A DNA stretch of 59,489 nucleotides, counting the filler, from Squatina squatina (lineage: Eukaryota): NCBI GenBank assembly GCA_031763465.1. It is 3 parts of 3 records of this genome, joined end to end, with 100 filler letters (N's around TTAATTAATTAA, not from the genome) between each part and the next. Parts side by side here need not be neighbours in the genome. Positions count along the whole stretch, not along the records: positions 1 to 16,678 come from JARFOE010000004.1; 2 more parts are not named here. The stretch is one strand, 5' to 3'. Within the stretch, counting starts at the first letter, position 1; each line of letters opens with the position of its first letter. The notes under the pieces are model-generated. The model was not told the DNA's origin and did no database searches. It saw nothing but the letters and a program-made list of their open reading frames with translations. Shown here in pieces: positions 1 through 11,826 of the stretch. A program made the translations under genes and the position numbers.

Positions 1-1884
1 AAGAATACAGTGTAGTGGGATGGGGGTTGGGGAGGTTGTAGGCAGGAGGTGGTTAGAGAAAGGGAAGGGCGAGGCCATGAAGGGATTTTAAAAAATGAGG
101 GTGAAAATCTGGAACAATGTAAACTCTGACATCTGTGCAAATTGAACTAGAAGAACTGCAGAAAATTAGTGTTGGAGCAAATGGTGCTGTGATCATTCTA
201 ACATGTTAAATTTTAGGCAGCTTCAAAGTAACTTCAGAAAAAATCCAAGGTGCAGCTGCCTTGAACTTGAAACGTGCTTTTTTTCCCCTTCTAATTAGAC
301 CATTTAGATTTCTTGCATTCTCTTAGACCTTAACAAAGTGCTCAGATATTAGTAAATATCATAGATTGTTGTATTTGCATTCAGCTACCAAAGCTGATCC
401 TGATACTTACTGGGATCTTCCACATCTCACGCGCACACGCACATGCACACCAAATTAATGTAGTCTTTTCCTGAAAATTATTAAATGATTTTGATGCAAA
501 CATTTACTTCGACAAACTTTTTTTTTCATTTGCATATTGTATCTATTTCTAAAACCCCTTTTTTTTTGCTGGGTCAAAAATTATTGATGACACATTTTAG
601 AGCTCGGAAGTCGGGTTGTTCCCTTTACATAGAAGACTAAAGTGAATGTTAGCCTGCTCGAAATACTGAGTAGAGATCCCTTGCGAGAGCTGAATAGTGG
701 GCTTTGTGCAGCAATGGGAAAAATGTGACATTGCTGTTTGAGAGGTCTAACTTCATACGCATCCCATTCATTTGTTTCATTCCAAGCTGCCCTCAAAAGA
801 TTTAAATAAGGATTCTATGTATGACGACCAACTTGATCTCGGGCCACAGGGATAATCATTGAAGCTGAGGGTTCACACTGCTGGCCTGTGACACCAGTTG
901 TTGACTGATTGTGGTAAATCATTTAGGACTACTGCATGTGAGGTCATCCCTATTTGGGTTTCAGTGCAGATGCGATGTGCTGATTGTGCTAATTTTATGC
1001 TGATGAGTTAAACATTAGGAAGGAACTGAGTTTTTCCCAAGCGAGAACTAGCAGCCTCAGTAATAGCTTGACTGTTCTGTGGCTGGTGTGTTATTTGAAT
1101 GGGGGTGGGGAGCACCAGAGGGGTTGCAGATGGTCTGGTCATGGCTCATGCTGTGGAAATGTGAGAAGGGTTTTGTACATCTCTGTTTACACTGGAACAA
1201 CGTTTGGATTCGCAGCTAATCAGCTGAATCACAGCCTTTTTCATATAGAAACTTGTGTCGTGGGTAGACTGCAACAAGATAGTCTGCTGCATTGTACTTG
1301 CTGCACATTCTAGCATGTGCAAGTTCACTGAAGGTGGGGGGCATGCAGAATTTAGCCTTTTTTAAGATGGAAATTGGTGGGGAGGAGGCGGGAGGAATGT
1401 CTGTTGGCTCTGCTACATGAGGATGTTTAATTTATGGATGCCAGATACAGCACTAAATTCTGCACAACACCGATTCTGTTGTTGGTGAATGTAAAGTCAT
1501 TGCTTGAAGCAAAAATTTAACTGCTGGTACCTCTTGTGGTTGTATAATCATTAAAATGTGTTGAATACAGCAAAATGCAGTGACCCTGCAGCAGCGCTTT
1601 TAAGATTCATTTTTGTTTTGGGTGTTGGCAATAGTTTTGCTGATCACCACCAGTTGGATAATGTTTCTATTTTTTTAAATTACATTGATTTAGAAGATGA
1701 AACTTGCATTTAGCTATCTGTCTAAAATTTAGTTGAACTGCACCAAATTTAGTTCAGTGGCTTTGCATACATATTCTAAATGGCGATACATTCCCTATCA
1801 AATTTAACTCTTTTGTCTATAAACTTTTGAATCTACCAGTGACAAATTCTGAACTGGCATTCCTGCTAAAAGATGAAAGACGGT

Positions 1885-2045
1885 TTCAAGAGTCGCTCCT
1901 GGAAACCTACCTCTTTGACCAAGCTTTTGGTCACCTATCCTAAGATTTCTATGTGGCTGAGTGTCAAATTTTATATGATAATGCTGCTGTGAAGCGCCTT
2001 GGGATGTTTTACTTTGTTAAAGGCAGTATATAAATGCAAGTTGCT
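1885..2045 (+). repeat. L2-like LINE 3' tail
   Basis: aaacctacctctttgaccaagctttt...tgtgaagcgccttgggatgtttt...tatataaatgcaagttg; shares its terminus with the Deu-SINE tail; second partial copy at 20222-20296. Confidence 0.6.
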
Positions 2046-2327
2046 ATTAATTATGAAGAATTTTAGCGCATACGTGGGAAGGGGACAAGATCAGAGTAAT
2101 TTGGAATTTTGTAAAATACTTCAAATTGTGTAAGGTTGAAATTGGATTTGATTTCGATCATGGCTTGACAACATCCTTTTTTTCCCAGATGTTATTTGCC
2201 AAATCAGTCATTTTTGCTTCAGCTGAAAACGATAATCAAATGTAATAAAAGTATTCTGGATCAAAATAGGAGTATTCCAGTGAGCAAATTTTGCCACTTT
2301 CATGAGGCATCACTACTTTAAAAATTT

Positions 2328-2785
2328 GTTCCTGGGATGTGGGCGTTTCTGGTAAGGCCAGCATTTATTGCCCATCCCTGATTGCCCTTGAGAAGGCGGC
2401 GGTGAGTCGCCACCTTGAACCGCTACAGTCCATGTAGTGAAGGTACTCCCACAGTTCTGTTAGTGAGGGAGTTCCAGGATTTTGACCCAGTGACGATGAA
2501 GGAATGGCGATATATTTCCAAGTCAGGATGGTATCTAATTTACAGGTGATGCTGTTCCCATGCGCCTGCTGCCCTTGTCCTTCTAGCTGGTAGAGGTCAT
2601 GGGTTTGGGAGGTGCTGTCGAAGAAGACTTGGCGATGGTATGCACTGCAGCCACGGTGCACCGTTGGTGAGGGGAGTGAATGTTTAAGGTGGTGGATGGG
2701 GTGCCAATCAAGCAGACTGCTTTGTCCTGACTGGTGTCGAGCTTCTTGAGTGTTGTTGGAGCTGCACTTATCTAGGCAAGTGGGA
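2328..2785 (-). mobile_element. Non-LTR retrotransposon (LINE) 3' end
   Basis: Reverse complement of the 27218-27375 family; encodes a decayed ORF2 C-terminus with a WNSL motif. Confidence 0.75.
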
Positions 2786-5700
2786 AGACAATTATCTGTT
2801 TCCATCATCTGAGTAAATTGTGATGTGAAAGCTTGTAGTTTGTCGACCTTGTTATAGCATCTCCATGTTCCCCCTGGAAGAGAAGGTTGTATTGGTAAAC
2901 ATAACTTTAGATTGTAGAAGTTTCAATTGCCTATACCTCTCAACATATTCTCCAAGTATTTTTAAGGTGACAAGTGAGATTGCCCCAATTCTATTATAAA
3001 AAGCTTTGTGCTGATTCTACTCCTAAAATTGTTATTAGGAACCACAATATTTACATAGCCTGGACAGGTACTCTCAGGACAACGCTTGACATTGAATTTT
3101 GTCTGTTCCCTCGGCAACACTAGTTTTGACATTGGTCCCAGCTATATTCACCAAAAATCACTGATCGAAGCTCCTGTCTTGTGATGTGCTAAACTATGCT
3201 AACAGTCCAACCTTGCAGCAGAAAAATTCACATGTCTAAATTCTTGGATTGAACTATTTATTAGGCTTTGACTTTGAGAATCATTTAAATCCTATCAACT
3301 TTTGTTCCCAAAATCATCTGTCTGCCATTTATTATGCTCATAACTTAAAAAAAAAGTTATGACTGCAGTAAGATTCATAATAAAGACATAAAAAAATTCA
3401 TATTTCACAATGACATCTATAAGATAGTCTTGTTCATCAAGAAAAACTTTAACAAAGGGAATAAAGGCCTCTTCTGCTCTCAAAAGCCTGGGGTTGCAGT
3501 TAGTACCTTCTCCAAAGCTATTACATCCTCAGCTGAAGATAAATTACTACATTTGTGCCTGCAGTTCTCAAAATGCTGCCGATTGGAGAATCACACAGCA
3601 TGTGTCAGTATTGTTCTCTAATCTGTTCAATAATTTGGTGTGTCTTTCCTTGAGCTGTAACAATATTTAGGTTCACCTTCTCAAATGATTTCCAAACACG
3701 CTGGATCGTGGATTTTAGAAGCTTTTTTGAGGTAAGGTTTGACAGAAAATTATTATTTAAAGATCAGCTTACTTTTTTACTTCAAAGAGGCTGCTTCAGA
3801 AAAACAGAAAGAGATAGAGAGAGAAAGAGCATCTGTGTTTTTATGCTGAGGATTCAGAAACAACCATTGTTCATATAAAGATTTATTTATCCAGCTACAG
3901 TGGGTAAAGTAAACACTAATTATTTATTTTTCCAAATGTTTCAAATCGAGCTGGAGCATGTATCTTAGAATATTTTTAAGGTAAAGTTTGACGGGAAAAC
4001 TGGCATAGAAATTGGATTGTGCTGCCACAAAAAANNNNNNNNNNNNNNNNNNNNNNNNNNNNNNNNNNNNNNNNNNNNNNNNNNNNNNNNNNNNNNNNNN
4101 NNNNNNNNNNNNNNNNNNNNNNNNNNNNNNNNNNGAGTTTTTGAAGTCTCTCTCCCATCTCCATTGACATCTTATATTTTGTTATATATTTAAGTCCTTG
4201 CAACCACTTTTATTTTCGTAGTATAAAATATTTATAACCCTTCCTGTAGAGATTGTTTTTGGCTTCCAGATGGCTCTAAAAAGCTGAAAAGTGCACTAAC
4301 ATCAAAAATCTAAATTTACCTGAATGCCCCAGATTTTCTGTACAAAAAATCTCATCCTCAGCATGCGCATAGCCCTTCAATAATTCCAAAATTAATTACA
4401 GCTACAAACTGTACACAACATAAGTTGTAACTAATTGTACAGTGGTAAACTAGGAAAACCCAGGATCCCCTCATGTACTCCGTAGAATCTGGCTCCGCAG
4501 TTTGAAAACCTATGCTATACAACAGAGGGATACTTAGTTCTCCAGGCCTGAAGATTGATGTCTCCTGCGTAGATGGATTCAGGATGTTGGAAGCTGCTGT
4601 TCCTGCTTGAACGTTAAGTGACCTTGCAAAATCAGAACATGGCATTAATAGAATTTTTGGGAGTAATGTTGTGTACGCCTCCCGTCTTTCCACCTATTGT
4701 ATTGAAAGTGACAGCTGAAAGGAATTTATCAGCTGTATAGCAGGTTGATGGATCAACATAAAGGAAGGTTTGAGTAAATAGTTTCTGCTCATTCTTGTAC
4801 ATTACTGTAGTCACTGATCTTGGGGNNNNNNNNNNNNNNNNNNNNNNNNNNNNNNNNNNNNNNNNNNNNNNNNNNNNNNNNNNNNNNNNNNNNNNNNNNN
4901 NNNNNNNNNNNNNNNNNNNNNNNNNACTCCTGCTCCTATCTTCTATGTTTCAATGTTACTCCATTTCAAAAATAGCCTGACTACGTTGCCATCAGGGTAA
5001 CCATATTGTACTTTGCAGCCTCAGACTGAGGATTGAATGAAGCAAAATCCAAAAACCATAATTTGCCTTCAATGCTAAATCATTGTTCAAGGGAAGTAAT
5101 CTACACAGATAACTCTTTGATAGCACAATAATCATCGAGCAGTGTCCCAACATATTGTGCGCTGTGGTTCTCTTAACTCTAATGCTTATCTAATTATGAT
5201 TATCATGATTATTCATTTTAAAAATAACGCATTAGAGANNNNNNNNNNGTTTCACTGATGTGCAGCTAGGTGGCAAAACGGAGATCTGTGTGCCCGAGTA
5301 TGCCAAACCAAAAGGGATGGAAAGTCTGGCAGACCAGTCGTGGACTCAGTAACACATCTGCTATCAGCTAATGATGGGCACATAGAGCAACAACAGTGAA
5401 GTCCATGCGAGGCTACATCCTGCCCTATTAAACGCAGGGTGAAGTGTCACAGTGAGAAAGGGAAGAATGGTGGAAAAAAATGAATTAAAATTAAAAAGGT
5501 CAGACCACTGCACCTTCACGTGATGTGTGTTCAAGGGATCAGTATGTGCAATGTCAATTTTGTGTTTACTGAGTGGGCCTGGGTTTGTACAGTTTCTGTA
5601 TTTACCCATGAGAATTGCCTGACCTCCACTTGGTACCTTGGTTGGCATTAGTTGCTCAATGTTGGGGAGAGGTCTGTGGGCACATACCTCTCCCCACGCC

Positions 5701-8409
5701 ATGCCACCATATCTGTCTTTTATTGCACGTGTAAGAATGAGAGACAATTTATTAGAAAATAAAGGTTATGTTTGATATTTAGCAGACCTGTGACATTTCT
5801 GTCATTAAAAACAAACCGTTAAACCTCATTTCAACTTGTGTTCTAATGTTGAATTTGAAATTAACTTCATAATGTAAGTGATGTCTTTACACCATTGAAA
5901 ATATCAATAGCTACATAATACAAAAGTATCAATGCAAGATTAATATCACTGTCGTGAAAATAAAATAAATTGATATATCAATAAGGCCCGACACCTGTTA
6001 TTCGCATGCATGCATTAAGACTCTTCCAGTCATTCTGAGGGATGATGTTCACTGCCTGTCAAGCAACTGCAGCTTGTTGATGCTTTTCCACTGTTGGGCT
6101 TGTGGTATGAGCCGGGCTCTATTATCCACTGATTTTAATTCCAAACAAAGGCAAGATCTGTGGGGCTTCATTTGTATCCGTTTCAATCTTGCTGCGTGCT
6201 TCTAAACCGAAAAGCGCTTGTGGGTGGCAGGCGAAGGTTTTCTGCTGTTCTCGGCAGTGCTGTGAAAAGGAGCAGAAACTGAGATAGAAGTGCAAATGAA
6301 AGTTGCTGATCAATGCTCTCCTGAGTAATCCCTTGTTCAAATAGTAGTTTGAAGTGCTATAGGAATATGGAGACACATACTGGGAATGCATGCTGCTCCT
6401 AACATCATTTCAAACTGAACTGCTTTGTGGTTTCTGAGCCGGACTTGATACTATTTGAAAATAATAAATAATTCTCTTTGCTTTTCCTCTAGTGGCTCTC
6501 GCTGCCCTGCTGCTGTTGACAGTTCAGAATTTTTTTTCTGGAAGGTTTATTTTTTATATTAGCACAAAAATAAACCTTGCTTTAGGACACAGCAGCCGCA
6601 TAATGCCAATGTTTCGCAATGTCAAAGTTGAATCCCCTCAACTGTGCTGTGATATGATCTATAAACTAAAGGTACTGTTACTTCCTCGGTTTGTTTTCAA
6701 AAACGTAAGAGCATTTTGAAGGGTACGTCAAATATATTCCATCCACAGGGTAACCATGTTTGGGAGGCTTGTCAGAACTGCGTACAAAGAAATACATAGA
6801 AGTTACAGCACAACAGGCCCAACCAGTCTGTCGGCTTTTACTCCTCTTGTGAGCGAGTAGTCCGAATCACATTTGCCCATGCTGTTACCATGTTTCTCCA
6901 CCTGTGGAAACCTGCCATTTGAAGTCTCTGCTACTACTTCAGCTGTTCTGTTGATGTGACGAGGTGATCCACACGTGTTTGAGTTAATATGGGAGCTGAT
7001 GTTTGGAGTGGCCAGGAGTTTGATCTGGAGTTAGCCAAGCCGGATGAGCTTAGTATCTACCAGGTGTTTGTATATTTGACTGTTGCTAATTTTTTTGANN
7101 NNNNNNNNNNNNNNNNNNNNNNNNNNNNNNNNNNNNNNNNNNNNNNNNNNNNNNNNNNNNNNNNNNNNNNNNNNNNNNNNNNNNNNNNNNNNNNNNNNGT
7201 ACACAAGACTTACAAATATTACCAGTCAGTCTCTCATGGTGTCCCATGCGGGAGCCAAGACTAATTGTACTCTTCAGGTGGAGTTTGGGATGGAGGTGAT
7301 TGGATCAGTATGTACAGACATAATTCCCATTTTAAAGACATACATTCTTTCCCTATTTTGCTATTTTAAGTTCCTAGGTCCACACTTCTAATGGAACCTG
7401 CTTGCGTACATTTGTCATGCTGTAATTGCACCCTCCTGCCAGTGATGATGCTGCAGTGCCTTTACTGGTGAGAGGGTGTAATTACAGTTTGACACGTTTA
7501 CATATGAGATTTTCATTATAAATATGGACACAGGAGTTTATACTGTTAAAAAGTTGACACGGGATCTGTGAAGATGTTGTAGTTACTATGGCATACTGAC
7601 AATACAAACTTTTGAAACGCTATTAAAATTAAACCGTCTGGAGGGTTCAGACTGCCTCAGCAAGTGATGAATGCAAATATTCTGAAAGGGTTTAAAGTTT
7701 AAGATCTAGTATATCCAGTTGTTCAGTAAGACTTTATTAAATTAAGTGGAGTATTATGCAGGTTTGTTGTAAATACTTTTTAAAATCACAAAGTAATATT
7801 GAAGGTTGGTATGGAGATGGAGAAGGAAATGTCAAATTCCACTGTTTGTATTTTTCAATGAATCACTCACTACGTCTTGATTTATCTTTTACTCCTTTCA
7901 GTCTTGGTGGCCTGCACTAATATTTGGCCGTTTATGTTGGTTTCTTACTAATAAAAGGTCAATTCTAGCATTGAGTAAATTTTAAATATTTATAACTGCA
8001 TGAAAACTGAAATTTAATTTTTTTTTACAATCAATGAATTGTAACTGTAAGTGTCTTAATTTAAATTCAGTTTCCAACGTTCTGTAAATTGCTAGTTATT
8101 TTTGACAGTTTTAAACACATGCACAGGTTTTGGTACTTCATGCAGTCGTACTAATTGCAGCTTTATTTGCTTGTTTTTGCCCCTGCAGATCCTTAACCAA
8201 AGTCCATCTCTGAAACTACTGAAGCATCTGTCATATAGACCATCTCTGCTTTGAGCTGCTGGTCCACTGAAAGTATTGATGGCAATGAGTGACATGCAGT
8301 GTGAAGAACTGAGCACAGATGTGAGAAGGACACAGGATGCACCACTCTGACTGCAAGTTTTGTTCCATCTAGGTGCTGTTTAGATAATTTGGATTTGAAG
8401 ATGGTACAC

Positions 8410-8673
8410 TGAATGCTAATTTTTATCATGTTGATATGATCACTGTTTTCTAGGGGATCTTTTAGTCTGAGATCATTTATTAAACCTGTATTGTTACACA
8501 TTACCAGATTCAAAATAGCCTGTTCCCTGGTTGGCTCCATAACGTATTGCTCTCAGAAACTATCCCGAATGCACTCTATGAATTCATTCTCATAGTTACC
8601 CTTTCCAACTTGATTAACCCAATCTACATGAAGATTAAAGTCACCCATAATTATTGCACTGCTCTTTTTACAC
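8410..8673 (-). mobile_element. CR1-type LINE fragment, AP-endonuclease domain
   Basis: EPTREQAILNLVMCNNTGLINDLRLKDPLENSDH matches the PTR..AILDL...SDH motif. Confidence 0.8.
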
Positions 8674-8794
8674 NNNNNNNNNNNNNNNNNNNNNNNNNNN
8701 NNNNNNNNNNNNNNNNNNNNNNNNNNNNNNNNNNNNNNNNNNNNNNNNNNNNNNNNNNNNNNNNNNNNNNNNNGAATGGTTGCTTGTTTTCTGA

Positions 8795-9644
8795 ATGGAT
8801 ATGAGTGACAAAAAGCTAGTACACGAAGAACAGCCTCATTCCGGTGGTGCTTCAGGATTCTCCACAGAGTCTCCTAGAAGCATGCAGTCTGATGATTTCT
8901 TTGCTAGAAAATACAAAGTCATCAATGGTAACATGGGACCTCCCATTCCTTCTGGTACACCCTGCAAATCTGACAGCAGTAGTCAGGTTAATGGAACACC
9001 TGCCATGCCAAAGATGGGCGTGAGGGCAAGAATCTCTGAATGGCCTCCAAAGAAAGAATTTCCAAAAGAGGGAGCAAATAGTAACCTATTGACATGGGAT
9101 AGCAGGTCATTAGCCAGTTATGATAATGTATCCATGATGAGAGCTAGTCTGAATGGACAGAATGACCAAAGCATTGAAGGTCTGTCTGAGGAAAACACTG
9201 ACATTACTGAGGACTTGGAATTTGCAGATGCAAGATATGTTTTCGGAGATCTCTTCACCAGATCCCCACAGAGGGGGCTTCATCCAATAAGGCAGAGAAG
9301 CAACAGTGATGTTACTATCAGTGATATAGATTCTGAAGATGTTCTTGATCAGAATGCGGTAAATCCAAACACAGGTGCTGCTCTTCATCGTGAATATGGA
9401 AGCACTTCTTCAATTGACCGACAGGGTATAACTGGTGACAGTTTCTTTGCCATGCTTAGAGGGTATAGAAGCGAAAGCGTGGAGCAGAGAAGCCCTGGCC
9501 CACTTGGGCTTAGTGATCTGTTGCGCTGTGATTCTGGAATGTCGCCCAGCCTTCAAGCAGCAACTCAGATTTCTCGTGCTGAGTTTGTCAGAATTTCTGG
9601 ATTTGATTATATGGATAGCCCACTTTTCTTTTGTAAAGACAGAG
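8795..9644 (+). CDS. SIPA1L2: SIPA1-like protein 2 (RapGAP), 5' part of the large first coding exon
   Basis: ORF contains MQSDDFFARKYKVINGNMGP, PKMGVRARISEWPPKK and RGLHPIRQRSNSDVTISDIDSEDVLDQNAVNPNTGAALHREYGSTSSIDRQG, matching vertebrate SIPA1L2. Homology stops abruptly after ...FCKDR (~9644) with no GT donor. Confidence 0.95.
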
Positions 9645-10007
9645 GCTTGGTTCTTGTGTTTCATTCAAGAGGAATTTAATGAATTTTTCCTGAACTGGCT
9701 GTGTATTTTTTTTTTCTCTGAAATGTTTTTCCCTCTTCCAAAAGATAGCATGGTTAGGGGGTTGCAAGGTTGCTTCGTTGAGTAGAGGGGCAGGTTTGAT
9801 GAGCCTGATGTTCTTTTTTTGTCCTTTTCACATTATGTTCTTAATGATATCATGGTCACTGAATCCTCGATGTTCCTTTAATACCACCATAGGCACCATT
9901 TCTGGATCATTATTAGGGATTAGGTCCATAATAGCTGCTGAATGCATTTACCCTTCAAAAAACCAATTCAATCTGATATCAGGTCAAGAAACATGGGGGC
10001 CAATGTT

Positions 10008-10087
10008 CTTCAGAAACAAAATGCTGCGGATGCTGGAATCGAGAATACAAACAAAAATTGCTGGAAAAACTCAGCGGGTTAGGCAGC
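10008..10087 (-). repeat. Penelope-like terminal repeat fragment next to a gap
   Basis: gctgcggatgctggaatcgagaatacaaacaaaaattgctggaaaaactcagc, nearly identical to 21285-21340. Confidence 0.65.
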
Positions 10088-10419
10088 NNNNNNNNNNNNN
10101 NNNNNNNNNNNNNNNNNNNNNNNNNNNNNNNNNNNNNNNNNNNNNNNNNNNNNNNNNNNNNNNNNNNNNNNNNNNNNNNNNNNNNNNCAAGGGAACTGTC
10201 GGCAGCTGAACGCTGGCATGAGTTCTAATGAGGCCACAGTGAATGCCCCAAGACTGCCTAAGACAATCGATTGATAGACAATAGAGAATTAACGATTCAA
10301 AAAAGGTCAATCAAAAAGTTTTGTAACTAAAGTGGGGCAGTAATTTGAATCAAATCAGACACCTCTGGGCTTTCCTTCCCCTATAAGCAATGACTGGTGG
10401 TGTCAGCGCAGCTGGAAGG

Positions 10420-10660
10420 GAGGTTGGAGGGGAAGGGGAAAGACGCATTGCACTTTCCAGGGCTAACTCCTGTTCGTTTACTTGCAGTGAAAGTTGCTCT
10501 TTTGAGTCCTCACTCAGCTCTCACTGCACTAATGCGGGTGTGTCAGTATTAGAAGTACCACGAGAAAACCAGGCAATCCATCGAGAGAAAGTGAAGCGAT
10601 ACATCATAGAGCACATTGATCTTGGAGCATACTATTATCGCAAATACTTCTACGGGAAAG
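10420..10660 (+). CDS. SIPA1L2: SIPA1L2, 3' part of the large first coding exon
   Basis: [17 protein letters not shown]...[48 protein letters not shown]; ends at donor AAAG|GTAAGC (phase 1). Confidence 0.95.
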
Positions 10661-10939
10661 GTAAGCTGGATGTTTTCAGTAAGTCTTGACCTTATTCAGC
10701 TTTTATATTATTTGATCTGTTGTGGCATTTCTCACCAGAAGCTTAAATTCACTTCCTGCAGCTGTGTCGGCTTGTTCCAGTGTCAAATTCTTGTGCCTCA
10801 CCTCGCCTCCCCTGTCCTCCACTCTTTCTCACCATGACTNNNNNNNNNNNNNNNNNNNNNNNNNNNNNNNNNNNNNNNNNNNNNNNNNNNNNNNNNNNNN
10901 NNNNNNNNNNNNNNNNNNNNNNNNNNNNNNNNNNNNNNN

Positions 10940-11355
10940 GAGTCAAAAGTTTGTGGGTTCAAGTCCTTCTCCAGGGACTTGAGCTCAAATCTAGGCTGGC
11001 ATTCCGAGTGCAGTACTGAGGGAGAGCTGCACTGTCAGAGGTGCTGTCTTTCAGATAGACATTAAACCCTCAGGTGGGCATGAAAGATCCCACAGCACTA
11101 TTCAAAGAAGAGCAGGGTAGTTCTCCCCGTTGTCCTAGTCAATATTTATCCCTCAACCAACACCACTAAAAAAAGAAACACATTTTCTGGCCATTATCAC
11201 ATTGCTGTTTTTGGGACCTTGCTTTGTACAAATTGGCTTCCACGTTTCCTACATTACAAAAGTGACTTTTTTTTTAAAAAGGATTTAATTAGCTGTAAAG
11301 CACTTTGGGATGTCCTGAGGTTGTAAAAGGCGTTATACAGGTGCAGGTTCTTTTC
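10940..11355 (+). mobile_element. Deu-domain SINE (SacSINE1/AmnSINE1-related), near full length
   Basis: tRNA-like B box (gggttcaagtcc), then gtgcagtactgagggag...aaagatccca...gaagagcaggg...aatatttatccctca...cacattgctgttt...tgtaaagcactttgggatgtcctgagg tail; many copies in the window. Confidence 0.8.
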
Positions 11356-11692
11356 TTTTTTCATACACCTATTCTGGTAAATGAGTATGCAATGTTGACC
11401 ACAAGGACCATCAACCAGAGTAACCTAAACTCAAATGATGTAGTGTGTTTATTTATGATTCTTAACTAGAATTTCTTCTTCATGGGCATTGCCAGCTTTG
11501 TTTTTTGAGGAAGCTACTTGAATATGAATCAGATAGACCATGAACAAAAAGTAGCTGCAAAGTTCCAATGAGGCTTCTCCTGTCAAGAGGCATTAGCTGT
11601 TTTTTTTTTTAGGCATGTTTGTTCAGTTGCTCCTGCACTCGCACGCTTTCTAATTTTCTGTCTGCCTCTCACACACTCCACCTTTTCCACAG

Positions 11693-11826
11693 AGCATCAG
11701 AACTACTTTGGAACTGATGAAAGCCTTGGACCTGTGGCAGTCAGCATCCGGAGGGAGAAGCTAGATGAATCAAAGGAAAAAGATGGGCTGCAGTACAACT
11801 ACCGTATAGCTTTCCGGACCAGTGAG
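11693..11826 (+). CDS. SIPA1L2: SIPA1L2 next coding exon (134 nt)
   Basis: ccttttccacag|AG CAT CAG... = (E)[44 protein letters not shown]|gtgagc; phase matches the preceding donor. Confidence 0.95.

Noticed and set aside
4632-4693. Possible terminal exon on the minus strand (GGKTGGVHNITPKNSINAMF*)
   Set aside because: Weak acceptor and no recognisable homology.
9110-9785. Overlapping antisense and alternative-frame ORFs over SIPA1L2, and similarly over SEMA3B, ELK and ACVR2B
   Set aside because: Shadow ORFs of real coding exons with no independent homology.
10950-10975. tRNA gene (gggttcaagtcc B box)
   Set aside because: It is the tRNA-derived head of a SINE; no complete cloverleaf.
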